Shown: piece by piece, positions 51,649 to 64,000 of the stretch
Position numbering within the stretch: position 1 is the stretch's first letter
Layout: every line of letters starts with the position of its first letter
Assembly (NCBI GenBank): GCA_002269645.1
Contig: NIVC01001239.1
Coordinates: 1-64,000, forward strand
DNA from: Macrostomum lignano
Taxonomy: Eukaryota
Direction of reading: 5' to 3'
Length of the DNA: 64,000 nucleotides
The notes under the pieces: generated by a model
Databases searched by the model: none
The model's input: the letters and a program-made list of their open reading frames with translations, nothing else
What the model was told of the DNA's origin: nothing
Program-made: the position numbers and the translations under genes

Positions 51649-52000
51649 ATCAAGCTGACCTCCCTGTGCATGTGCATCAGCATCAGCGCAAGCGTCACCC
51701 TCTGCTGCATGTTCGCGCCCAAGATCTACATCGTGCTGTTTCAACCGCATAAAAATGTTCGACGCACGAATTCAACAGTTGGAGCCGGCGCAGTCAGCGG
51801 CGGTTGCGGACCATCCGGAGGAGGCGGCGGAGGAGCTCGAGAACTTTTCTCCTCGCCATCGACGAGGCAACCGTTAATTCGACGAGCAACCTCGGTGCCG
51901 CCGGAGCTGACCTCTCCGTCGCCATCGCCGCGCCTGTCGAAATTTTCTCTCGCCGATAACGCAAAATCGGATGAAGTGACGACAACCAGCGCGGCTAATG
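51649..52000 (+). CDS. mGluR exon 7 (TM7, proximal tail)
   Basis: IKLTSLCMCISISASVTLCCMFAPKIYIVLFQPHKNV; 3' end uncertain (GC donor at 52001, or read-through to stop at 52137). Confidence 0.85.
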
Positions 52001-52227
52001 GCGAGTGTCGTCAACAGGTTCTGTGTCACGTGACTGTTGAAGCAACCGAGTACGCAAATCGAGGCGGAGTGCGCTGGTTCCTAGATGGTCCCGAGCCGAC
52101 AGAACGTCATTCAAGGGCAACTAAACAGCAGTGTTAGTTTTGCGTTTGCTTTTCTTTGTCTGATGATCTGCAAGAAAATTTACTCGCGAAGCGTCTGGGT
52201 ACTTTTAGGATTGTGGGTTGTGAATGG

Positions 52228-52445
52228 TAAAAGGTAGATGGTAGACGGTAGTTGGTAGACGGTAGATGGTAGACGGTAGATGATAGACGGTAGATTGTAG
52301 ACGGTAGACGGTAGACCGTAGTTGGTAGACGGTAGATGGTAGACGGTAGATGATAGACGGTAGATAGTAGACGGTAGATGGTAGATGTTAGACGGTAGAC
52401 GGTAGATGGTAGACGGTAGACTGTAGATGTTAGACGGTAAACGGT
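52228..52445. repeat. 7-bp tandem repeat (AGACGGT/AGATGGT) in mGluR intron 7
   Basis: Tandem tagacgg/tagatgg. Confidence 0.85.
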
Positions 52446-52540
52446 GTATGGCTCTTAGAGAACAAGAATCGTTTGACACCCCTACGCGCCACAGCGTATT
52501 ATTGAATACCTCAATGAAACATTTCATTTTACCTCTACAG

Positions 52541-52872
52541 GCGTCGCGGTTTTAATCGCAAACGCACCGGCCGACCCCGATCTAAACAACAGTTCACCAA
52601 CATCGCCGCAGCCTGCGTCAAAGTGGCCAGCAGCACGCAAACACACGACAGCGGCGGCGGCAACGGCGGAGGCGCCCGCATCGGAAGAAATCGGCATCAA
52701 GGAGCCGCCAGTCTGGCTGACCGTCGAGCAGTTGAACCGGCTGGAGGAGGCGCGCAAATCGGCGCCAAGTCAGCCGTGCAGCAGCTGCGGATGCGATGAC
52801 CACCAGGCTGAGGACTGCCAACTGCCCGGGGAGATATTCGCCAACCCCAACGTCAGGGAGACGGCGCTCTGA
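52541..52872 (+). CDS. mGluR putative exon 8, ending in PDZ-type motif -ETAL
   Basis: Strong acceptor tttacctctacag; 110-codon open frame, GC-rich; in frame only with the phase-1 GC donor. Confidence 0.6.
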
Positions 52873-53094
52873 GTCGGACTAAAGAGACCTAAACAGTGCG
52901 GAAGCATCCTCTGAGATGTTCAACTTATGCACGCATTAAGACGTGCGCTCGTACTTGTTTGCTGTCTTCCTGCGTTGTCGTACAGTACTGAAATGTAGAT
53001 AAACAATTGTGACAGGCTGGTATTATACTGATCGCTTCTCTGCCCGTCTGTTCCGGCATCTGTAATACTGAACAGTTTATGACTTGCTTTGTTT

Positions 53095-53102
53095 TGTCTG
53101 AC

Positions 53103-53159
<57 letters not shown>

Positions 53160-53250
53160 CGGTATTTCTCTGTCTGTCTGTCTGTCTGTCTGCCTGTCTG
53201 TCTGTCTGTCTGTCTGTGTGTCTGTCTTGGTGTCTATCTGTCTGTCTGTG

Positions 53251-53289
<39 letters not shown>

Positions 53290-53300
53290 TCGTCGTCTGT
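53095..53300. repeat. (GTCT)n microsatellite
   Basis: Tandem GTCT. Confidence 0.92.
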
Positions 53301-54702
53301 CTTAGAATCGTCTGACTGCTTGTTGTGAGCATCGAATTATGCCCCAAATCAAGATTCGATCTCGCGAGAGCGATTTCGCACTTTATATAATATTTTTTTT
53401 TCATTCTTTTTAACTACTTGTTAGTAGTTAACTCCCGTTGTCTCTTATTCACTCTTTCACTGTAATTCATTCATTCGCTCTCACAATCAGTTTGTCGGTC
53501 ACAAAGGCGTTGCTTTCTCTTTGCAGTGCTGAGACAGCATAATCTAATTTAGCTAAGTGCAGAGGGTCGGAAATTATGCATGTAGAGCTCGTATAATAGA
53601 ATCGGTATGACCGTCTCTTAGCAGATTAATGAATTCTGAGAATGTCAGAGGGGTTACTATGAATAGATTAAGCGAAAAGCATAGGGAAAAAGCAGACGGT
53701 TAGAAATTAAGGTCTTTTCCAAGCCTGTTGCAATGCAGATAATGCTACGTTAATGTTTTTATGCGTATGGTACGGCATTAAACACTTCAACCTACAGGCA
53801 CGCACGCAGACAATTTTTGGTGCAGATTCTGTATCAACGAAAAATCATCTTGGAATTTCACTTATTTTTAAGCTTGGCATTCAGTCAGAAGCTTCTTCTT
53901 TAGCCGACGTAAAACAGTTGAAGGCGACCTACCGAAGTTGTTCGCTACTGTTTTAAGACTGCAACCTGTTTTCAATATTTCGACTGATTGTCATCTTTCG
54001 AGTCTATCATCTGTATTTGAAGCATTCTCACTGCTGCATAATTCTATCTGATAGCTATCAGGTCATAGTCAGTCCATAGTCAGTCAACGTTTTGCCACTT
54101 GCGAAAGGAGACAGTCAGTCAAAGCCCTTCCTCGCGCCATATTTTGAACCATTGACTAGATGCGTTTTTAGTCCTCTGAGCAAGTAGATGTTCGTAGCAT
54201 GCTAGGTACCTTTACACAGGCCTACTGGATATACTAGCTAGAAAGCAAGTCAGGTGAGTCAACGCCTATGAAATTTGAAACCTATCTGTTAAGTAAAGAA
54301 GCATTGCCAAGTGCTTTGACACCTCACGCTCGCTCTGAAGAAATGACACGCGACAGGGCACTATTCTAGTCTGGTTTTCTTCTGCACTCCGAGCTTCAAT
54401 TATTACGATCCGGTGCTTGACACCACTTGGATTTGCCAAGCTACAGTACATTCGAATCGAGCTAGCAAAGGTTCACGACGGAGTAATTAACTTCGCGTGC
54501 GGCAACAAACTCGTGATGCATGCAGATACTCGTAAGCCATTCGGCTGGCAACTCAATTTGATGCAGAGCCACTGAATGGCTTTGGGGTTTGAGCTGAGCA
54601 TAAGGCCGATGCGCCTCCTCTGTCACCCCGCCCTCAGCTGCTAATGAGCGAAATGGAATCTTTGTTCGCGAGTTTTTGGGCGGACTGAAGTGCTTCGTGA
54701 CC

Positions 54703-55110
<408 letters not shown>

Positions 55111-55970
55111 TTTGTTTATATTACGAGCTAATATCTTGGTTTTGGTTCTTCTGTCCATACGGTCCTGGAGCGACACACAAGAAGTATCGTTATTTTCTAA
55201 ACTTCATTTTCTTTCGAAACGATTCTAAAACAGGATGCAAAACTTTTTGTAAAATAAACTAGAATCTACCCAACCGTGAGTCAACCCGCACTCGAACCAA
55301 AGCAGGCCAAGAGGTAAGTCATCGTCTACGCCCAGTTTAAAGTCCTCTTAAGTCTCTCAGCCCTCGCCAGCCACAGAGCAGACGACTCACCCCCCCCCCC
55401 CAAAGTCATGCCCCACCCGCCTCATCAGTACAATTAGGTACACCAAGCAACGCTTTTTGAGCAGACAAGCTCCGCTGTATCCAATTTTAGACCGGATTAG
55501 AGCGAGCGATGTGAAAAAATGATGACGTGCTATAGAGATGCCTGTGTGCACGGTGAGGCTGGATAGGGAGGACGCAGTGCGGGTAGAGAAACTGCATGTG
55601 TGACGCTTTCATAAAGGTCTTGGGCTAACACTCTGCCTGTATCTATGCCAGTTGACTGACTGCTCTGGGAAGGAAGATAGAGAATGAGAGCTGTGAGAAA
55701 CAGAAATTCATTCTATAGAAGGACCAAATGCGGAGGGCGCATGCGTGCAACCTCTCTGCTGAGGATGAGGAAGGCCTGAGTAGCCGCTATTTTTTATTTC
55801 AACAATGGAACTCAGTCCTATTGTGTGTCGCTGGCTGTATTTTTCATCATCAGGGAACCCTCTTCTCCGAGTATTGCTATTGTTATTTTTATTAATGTTA
55901 TCAATGCTCTTCCATACCTTCTCTAAGAATCTGCTTAACAAAAATTGTAACAAGTATTCATAGAGAGCGG

Positions 55971-56275
<305 letters not shown>

Positions 56276-57678
56276 TTTGGTTAGAGTTTAGCTAACGTGG
56301 TGCGTTAGCTTGTGCGTGAAAATTTCTGTATTGAAACCTAAAAAACAGAAAGGTAGAGTGACAGATTGATTAATGGATGGTCGTAGTGTTGCATATTCAA
56401 GTATAATTGTAGTGACAGATTGATGCATGGAGTGAAATGGAGTGATAGATGGAGTGACACAGGGAGTGAAAAATATTAAAAATACATTCAGTGACAGACC
56501 GACAAACGAGATAAAACGAAATTCATTGACAAATACGGACAGATTCCTATTAAAACAGAGAGCTAGAAGGATGGAGCAGGCGGAGACAGAGGCGAAGGCA
56601 CACGCAGCGGGGAAGGCAGAGAGTCGCAGGTGACACTGCTTCTGAGTGAGGGCGATTAACCAACCAAACCCTGCGCTATAGCACGCGCGGCCCTGCCTGA
56701 ACTGAAGACTTCAGTGCAGCCCGAGACACATACCCTGCAAACGTACGCTTTTGAATCAGTCGACCCCTTCCCCTATACTCTTCTCTCCCCTCTGAGCATG
56801 CAGAGGCTCATCTGCTTCCCCCATAGCTACAATTCCCTCACCCTGAACCGGTCCCCCTGCCTATCTTACCGTCCTACACGTTTGCCATTTGCCCATTGTA
56901 AAATCCTGCTGGCACTTCTTCCTGGTTTGGGCTCATAAATACGGTCTGAGCTTGAAGTAACTTGTGGACCAACTGGTTCTCTCTGAACTGCTATCGAACA
57001 ATTGTCAAATTGCAACGCATTCAAAGACTGAAATCGCGCCCAAGGCCATGCGTCTATCGGGCCTCCAGTGCCTTCGTTGATCGTCAGATATTTTTCAGTT
57101 TTTTTGAGTATTTTTTGCAACAAATCAAGTCCTGTAGCTCAACTTTGCTTTGTTCGTCTCTGCTTGTTTCGCCCGAAAGAAGAAGAAAAAGCGTGTTTTC
57201 GTCCTAACAAAAGAGAAGTACCCAGGGTCCTCCTCTTACTTCTCTCGTCTGTTTACTTTCTATCAATTTTTCTTTATACTTTCTTAATTTTCGCAGGAGA
57301 CTCGAAAAAGAGTTTTGTTTCTTTCTTTTTCGTTTCTGCCTTTTCTTATACAAAGTTCGGTTCTCACTTTTCTTACCTGCGCTTAGGAATATTTGCTTTA
57401 TTATCACGCAGAACCAGCTGTGCTGATTACTGCTTTCAGTTCATCTTCAACACATCGTTCACAGTTTCTCACAGTGACGGAGCAGACCTGAGCTTCATTT
57501 ATCTTGAGTAGCCATTCCTACCCCCTGAGCCAGCCTTGGACAGACAAAGAGAAAGTAATTTATTTTGTGTATAAAAGAGAGACAAAACGGTCAGTCTACT
57601 GCTAATCTGCTTCTAAAAGAAGAAGAAACCAGACTAAGAAAAGGAGACAAGGAACAGGATTAAAGAAATTAAAAGACA

Positions 57679-58113
57679 ATGACGGCAGTTTTGTGCGGTT
57701 GCTTCGGCCGTAGGAGCCGATTTTCGCCCGGCGGTGCTTCGGAGCGTTCAAGACGACGACAGAATTCGCGGCGGCCGATGACCCTCATCGACGAGGACCT
57801 GATGCGTCAAGAACCGACTGTGGAGGTCCGACTGAACAAAGATGACCAGCAGCAGCAACAACAGCAGCTGGCTGCTTCCGTTGCAGTCAAATCAATGTCA
57901 CTGCCATCTCGTCTGGTGGACACTGGAGCCGGCGGCTATGAAGCTCATGGCACGACGTCAGATCAGCAACAGCAGCAGCAGCAGCCAACTAACGAAACTG
58001 CAGCTGTTGTTGAAGATCCGCAGCCCCAAGTTATTCAGCAGTCATCGGCAGAAATTGTCAAACCGACTGAACTGCCTCTGAATCTCACCGCATTGAATGC
58101 TTTCGGTATGGAG
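57679..58113 (+). CDS. First coding exon of an unidentified gene (N-terminal LCGCF motif, polyQ tracts)
   Basis: ATG in aaagacaATGa context, 145 open codons, GC-rich with polyQ like other exons here, GAG|gtgagt donor; strong upstream acceptor at 57296. Confidence 0.55.
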
Positions 58114-58147
58114 GTGAGTAGATCTTTTGTGGTGCTGATTTTCACTG

Positions 58148-58534
58148 TCTGACAGGTGACTCATCTGTGTCTAGCAGGTGACTCATCTGTGTCTAACAGG
58201 TGACTCCTCTGTGTCTAACAGGTGACTCATCTGTGTCTAACAGATGACTCCTCTGTGTCTAACAGGTGACTCATTTGTGTCTAACAGGTGACTCCTCTGT
58301 GTCTAACAGGTGACTCGTCTGTGTCTAACAGGTGACTCCTCTGTGTCTAACAGGTGACTCGTCTGTGTCTAACAGGTGACTCGTCTGTGTCTAACAGGTG
58401 ACTCCTCTGTGTCTAACAGGTGACTCCTCTGTGTCTAACAGGTGACTCATCTGTGTCTAACAGGTGACTCCTCTGTGTCTAACAGGTGACTCCTCCGTGT
58501 CTAACAGGTGACTCCACTGTGTCTAACAGGTGAC
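58148..58534 (-). repeat. 22-bp minisatellite, inverted copy of the 45505-45973 family
   Basis: Unit tctgtgtctaacaggtgactc(c/a/g), reverse complement of ggagtcacctgttagacacaga. Confidence 0.92.
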
Positions 58535-59479
58535 TAACCTTGGGCTAAAAACAAAGTTGCAATTTAAAAACTAACAGGACCTTAGGCAAGTATCCGGATT
58601 CGAAAAGAACCATGCAAACTGTAGCAGAATACTTTGATGCAGTTTTGCATTTTTGGAACCGCGCATCGCTAAATTAATTAGCAAATTAAAAAAAAAACAC
58701 AGCCGAGCAAGCCAAGGCCACTGAGCAATCTAAACCCATCTAAAACTAATTTAGGCCAAAAATTGACTTCATGTTTCATTTATCATTTTTCTGTTTTACT
58801 AAATCAATTTGAATTATTGATTTCATTGTCAGAGGTGATAACACATTACTGCGGGGATTTTGTAATTCAATTTCAGTGTCACGCCATCCGTCAGCAGATA
58901 TTTTTTTCTCACGTTAGCTCTGATTTTTTAGCTCTACTAATTCTATTTCTCCTACTCATGAGTAGTCTAGTTTGGATATTCCATTAAAATTATCAATCGA
59001 ATTTTGACTACCCTCGTTATTAACGACGACGCGCGAATGCAAATCACGGCGAAATGGAGATTTCGCTTTGAGTTAAACAGAGCGTGAAATTGAAGCAGTG
59101 GCAAGGTCAATGGAAGTCTGACTGACATTGCTGGAAGCGCCACTTTAAGCTCTACAAGGACCCTAGAAAATGAGTCACTTTGAAACCCGAGTTTACAACT
59201 TCTACATTCCCATTTTTCGCTACTCAAAGTAGGTTAAATGAACATTGCATCTTAAGTAGCATTCGCAGACTAAAGCAAAATCGACATTTTCAGCGCCATC
59301 AAAATACAAACCTGTTTCCTACCAAACTCTGGGTTGCAATTTCTGGGCCAACCATATTAACGTCTGACTGATTTCCCACTCCCGGAATCTGGGTGCCCTG
59401 TTTTAGCGACAGCACAACTGCTCCAGTTAATTATTTATATTGGAATATTGCCGAGAGCAATATGGCTGCATTTTAGTCA

Positions 59480-60137
59480 TCCACTTTCTCCACCTCCCTA
59501 CTCTCCCCCTCCCCACTCTACCCTTCTCCACTCTACCTTTCCCCACTCTCCCTCTCCCAACTCTCCCCACTCTCCCCACTCTCCCTCTCCCCACTCTCAC
59601 CACTCTCTCTCCCTACTCTCCCCACTCTCCCTCTCCCCACTCTCACCACTCTCTCTGTCTCCCTACTCTCCCCCCACTCTCCCTCTCCCCACTCTCACCA
59701 CTCTCTCTGTCTCCCTACTCTCCCCCCACTCTCCCTCTCCCCACTCTCGCCCCACTCTCCCTCTCCCCACTCTCGCCCCACTCTCCCTCTCCCCACTCTC
59801 GCCCCACTCTCCCTCTCCCCACTCTCGCCCCACTCTCCCTCTCCCCACTCTCGCCCCACTCTCCCTCTCCCTACTCTCCCCCTCCCACTCTCCCCTCTCT
59901 CCCTCTCCCCACTCTCACCACTCTCCCTCTCCCTACTCTCCTCACTCTCCCCCCACTCTCCCTCTCCCCACTCTCGCCCCACTTTCCTCCTCTCCGCTCT
60001 CCCCACTCTCCCTCTCCCTACTCTCCCCCTCCCCACTCGCCTCACTCTCCCCCCACTCTCCCCACTCTCCCTCTCCCCACTCTGCCACCCCTCTCCCTCC
60101 CCCCACTCTCACTCTCCCTCTCCCCACTCTCCTTCTC
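59480..60137. repeat. C/T-rich mosaic minisatellite (ccccactctccctctc)
   Basis: Irregular CCCCACTCTC units. Confidence 0.85.
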
Positions 60138-60411
60138 ACTAGGCTATAAACTGCAGTGCTAAGCTTCCCAATGCAGACAGCTCTCATCCCATTGGATAAG
60201 GCACTCGCTGGCCTTGTTTCACTACTAGGGAATCAGGATTCCTGCATTCGAAATCAACGTTGGTACTCCTAGGGTCGCAGCTATTTTAGCTGCCAGAAAA
60301 AGTGGAGATTGAAATTCCACACGAAGGCAAAAATCTGTTGCGGCATAACAGGGCAAAGTCAATAAACTGACATTGCCAAAAAATAGCTCAAAAACATGAG
60401 TATTTAGCTAG

Positions 60412-60570
60412 AAAACTGCATCAATGGAGCTTGAAAATCACGAATTCGGCACTGGCTCAGCATTTGAGTTGGACGAGCAGGGCTTCAACAGGCAGGACAG
60501 GCAGTTAAGCTTGCTGTTGTCCGCTGGAAGAATTGTGGCCTCACAGACTATTGGCGATCTGAAGGCCGAG
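60412..60570 (+). CDS. Candidate exon 2 of the unidentified gene
   Basis: Phase-0/phase-0 open block KTASMELENHEF...GDLKAE with GAG|gtgagg donor; acceptor weak. Confidence 0.35.
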
Positions 60571-60617
60571 GTGAGGCATCGGTCTCTGGTGCTTTTAGGA
60601 TGGGGAGGGGATGATAG

Positions 60618-60677
60618 AGGAAAGAGGGAGAGAGAGAGGGTGAGAGGGAGGGTGTTAGAGAGGGTAAGAGAGACGAT

Positions 60678-60711
<34 letters not shown>

Positions 60712-61490
60712 AAGGGTGATAGAGAGGGTGAGAGAGAGGGTGAGAGAGAGGGTGAGAGAGAGGGTGAGAGAGAGGGTGAGAGAGAGGGTGAGAGAGAGGG
60801 TGAGAGAGAGGGTGAGAGAGAGGGTGAGAGAGAGGGTGAGAGAGAGGGTGAGAGAGACGATGAGAGAGAGAGTGAGAGAAAGAAAGGGTAATAGAGAGGG
60901 TGAGAGAGGGTAAGAGAGAGGGTGAGAGAGAGGGTGAGAGAGAGGGTGAGAGAGCGAGAGGGAGGGTGACAAAGATTGTGAGCGAGAGGGTGATAGAGAG
61001 GGTGAGAGAGAGGGTGTTAGAGAGGGTAAGAGAGACGATGAGAGAGAGAGAGTGAGAGAGAGAAAGGGTGATAGAGAGGGTGAGAGAGAGGGTGAGAGAG
61101 AGGGTGAGAGAGAGGGTGAGAGAGAGGGTGAGAGAGAGGGTGAGAGAGAGGGTGAGAGAGAGGGTGAGAGAGAGGGTGAGAGAGAGGGTGAGAGAGAGGG
61201 TGAGAGAGAGGGTGAGAGAGAGGGTAAGAGAGAGGGTGAGAGAGAGGGTGAGAGAGAGGGTGAGAGAGAGGGTGAGAGAGAGGGTGAGAGAGAGGGTGAG
61301 AGAGAGGGTGAGAGAGAGGGTGAGAGAGAGGGTGAGAGAGAGGGTGAGAGAGAGGGTGAGAGAGAGGGTGAGAGAGAGGGTGAGAGAGAGGGTAAGAGAG
61401 ACGATGAGAGAGAGAGTGAGAGAAAGAAAGGGTGATAGAGAGGGTGAGAGAGAGGGTAAGAGAGAGGGTGAGAGAGGGAGAAGAGGGAGT
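60618..61490. repeat. 12-bp polypurine minisatellite (GAGAGAGGGTGA)n with a larger internal duplication
   Basis: Tandem 12-mers; flanking block (gtgttagagagggtaagagagacgatg...aaagggtgata) occurs twice. Confidence 0.92.
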
Positions 61491-62090
61491 GAGGATGAGA
61501 GAGGATTAGGAGAGAAAAGACAGCCAAGCGAGACAAAGGATCATTCATTTTTTAGCACAAATTCAGCACAAACACGCGGAAAGCAAAGACGAAATGATAA
61601 AGAATTTACTCAATCGAGTGCCGCCAGTTTCTACCCAAGCCCCGAACCGCTCCGCTCTAATCTCAGTCTAGAAAGTCCACCCTAAAGCCCCAAGAATTAG
61701 AAAGTAATTTAGGAAGAATTTCGGCTACGACAGGGGAGAAGAGATCGAAACAGGAGCAGAAAAGTAGCCGGTTGAGCTTGAATTGAATCAGTTTGGCCGG
61801 GGCCAAGGCCGGGGCTCGCTGTTGGACTTGGGTTGGCATCGATTTTTGACTCCGGCTTAAATCCCCAGATACCGCCTTGCTCTGTACGAAACTGATAGAT
61901 ACAGAGGTTGATCCTATATGATACTTCACTGTCTGGAAGATTAAATTGCGCACGAATAATTGAGTTACACTTGCTTCTTGTACACTGGATTCCCGATGCA
62001 CTGATTTCGTATTCGACACTGTATTTGAATCTCAACTGCATCTACCTGTCTGCGGTTATCATACCGTGTACTGGCTGTCTCTTACAGTGC

Positions 62091-62091
62091 C

Positions 62092-62133
<42 letters not shown>

Positions 62134-62135
62134 CC

Positions 62136-62232
<97 letters not shown>

Positions 62233-62303
62233 GCCTGTCTGTCTGTCTGTCTGTCTGTCTGTGTGTCTGTCTGTCTTAGTGTCTGTCTGTCTGTCTGTCT
62301 GCC

Positions 62304-62368
<65 letters not shown>

Positions 62369-62371
62369 GCC

Positions 62372-62432
<61 letters not shown>

Positions 62433-62433
62433 T

Positions 62434-62480
<47 letters not shown>

Positions 62481-62499
62481 GCCTGTCTGTCTGTCTTAG

Positions 62500-62564
<65 letters not shown>

Positions 62565-62590
62565 GCCTGTCTGTCTGTCTGTCTGTCTCG

Positions 62591-62631
<41 letters not shown>

Positions 62632-62663
62632 TAGTGTCTGTCTGTCTTGTGTCTGTCTGTCCT

Positions 62664-62728
<65 letters not shown>

Positions 62729-62748
62729 ATGTCTGTCTGTCTGTCTCG

Positions 62749-62809
<61 letters not shown>

Positions 62810-62880
62810 TTCTGTCGGATCTGATTTTCCCTCCCCATCGATATGTCTGTCTATCGATGTGTCTGCCTGTCTGTCTGCCA
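62091..62880. repeat. (GTCT)n microsatellite
   Basis: Tandem GTCT with cttagt/ctcgt variants. Confidence 0.95.
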
Positions 62881-63904
62881 ATAGGTCTATAATTTCCCGC
62901 CAGCAGCCTTCCCAAAGTGTCCCCAGCCAGGACAAGTGTGCATCTCAGTAATAGAATTTGCCTGTCTGAGGTTGGAGGGCGGCTCCAACAGGAGGGGGCG
63001 GCACCCCAGGAAGGAAGGAAAGTCAAGAACTCGTCGACGCCCTGCAAAGTGAAATTCCTTAATGAGCAGCCTGCGTCTCGGGGACTCTCTCCAGATCCGA
63101 GTGGATCTCGAATAAAAAAATCGATAAACAGACTGGACTGGAAAACAGAAGTGAATTGGGAAGGATTTCCTCTCACAAAGTGAGCTGATTTTCTAATGGT
63201 CAACAAAGTCCAAAAATGCCATGTTTAGCAGTGTTTTCGCGTTGAGAAATACCAGCAATTTTTGTAACAAAACTACTTATATAAAACAAAAAAGTAGTGC
63301 AAATAGCATCTTCATGGATTTTTTAGTCAAGTAGAAAATATGAGCAGACTTTAGATGACTTCACACCACCGTCTGGAAATCGATTTTATTTCATTTTAGC
63401 GTTTTTTCGAAAGTAAATTAAATGAAATTGAAGTTAGTTAATATTTAATCAGATGGTTTTCACAGACTCGATTCACTTAATGGCACACGGGTTTGCCCCG
63501 CGGGCTCAGTCAGTCTTCATTGCCGGTGAGTTCTAACTCAAAACCAAACTGAGACTGACATCCCCGATTCTCTGGGGATATTTCCCTCAAGAGTGCACAT
63601 GACGACTGGGATGCTGGGGCGCAGGCACGCTCCAGACGAGATAAGGGACATATGGATGTGTTAAGGGGATGAAATTTGTCGGCGAATAAAGTTACAGGAA
63701 ACGCGCCCAGGAAATATAAAACGCCCAGTCATCCTCAGCGTTCGCTATCTCCGTCTGAGTCTGCGCCATCGCTGCACTCTGCATTCTGCTGCCAGCTGGG
63801 TAGAGGAATTTTAGTAGATGGGGAGCGAGAAGGACTGCTTGGGGAGCATTGGGGATGACAAATCGCTGACTCAGATATGAGTGCTGCTGGGTGACTAACC
63901 AGGG

Positions 63905-63953
<49 letters not shown>

Positions 63954-64000
63954 CACAGACAGACAGACAGACAGACACACAGACAGACAGACAGACAGAC
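63905..64000. repeat. (ACAG)n microsatellite running off the window
   Basis: Tandem ACAG. Confidence 0.95.

Noticed and set aside
62059-62951. Many TDRQ/SVCL-repeat ORFs here and at 1.1-1.5k, 8.0-8.3k, 27.7k, 53k and 54.7k
   Set aside because: Translations of (ACAG)n/(GTCT)n microsatellites

Overview
Eukaryotic (animal) genomic DNA with spliceosomal introns. GC-rich exons, (ACAG)n microsatellites and many unrelated 20-23 bp minisatellites suggest a free-living flatworm such as Macrostomum (inference only). Genes reconstructed by hand from splice sites and protein motifs: (1) MAPKAPK2/MK2 kinase, minus strand, 6 exons, 1631-18306. (2) A head-to-head pair PDX1/SNZ (minus, 4 exons, 22401-23899) and PDX2/SNO (plus, 4 exons, 24573-27584), i.e. 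an apparently intact de novo vitamin B6 (PLP) synthase whose ATGs are 673 bp apart. (3) An aminergic class A GPCR (28280-32234) with a predicted ~640-aa C-tail ending in -ESFV. (4) A metabotropic glutamate receptor-like class C GPCR (35254-52872, 8 exons) lacking the Lys that binds the glutamate gamma-carboxylate. (5) The start of an unidentified gene (57679 onward). Mobile elements: a near-intact 5.9 kb Loa/R1-type APE-RT-RNaseH LINE flanked by a 132-bp target-site duplication; a mariner copy; a mariner-type MITE; a non-autonomous hAT; a degenerate RTE-like LINE; a CORE-type tRNA-SINE. Strongest leads: the animal PDX1/PDX2 divergent pair, the 132-bp TSD, the giant-tailed amine receptor, a CpG-depleted domain over MK2 exon 1/intron 1, and the 20-23 bp convergence of minisatellite units. 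All coordinates were read by eye; no searches were run.
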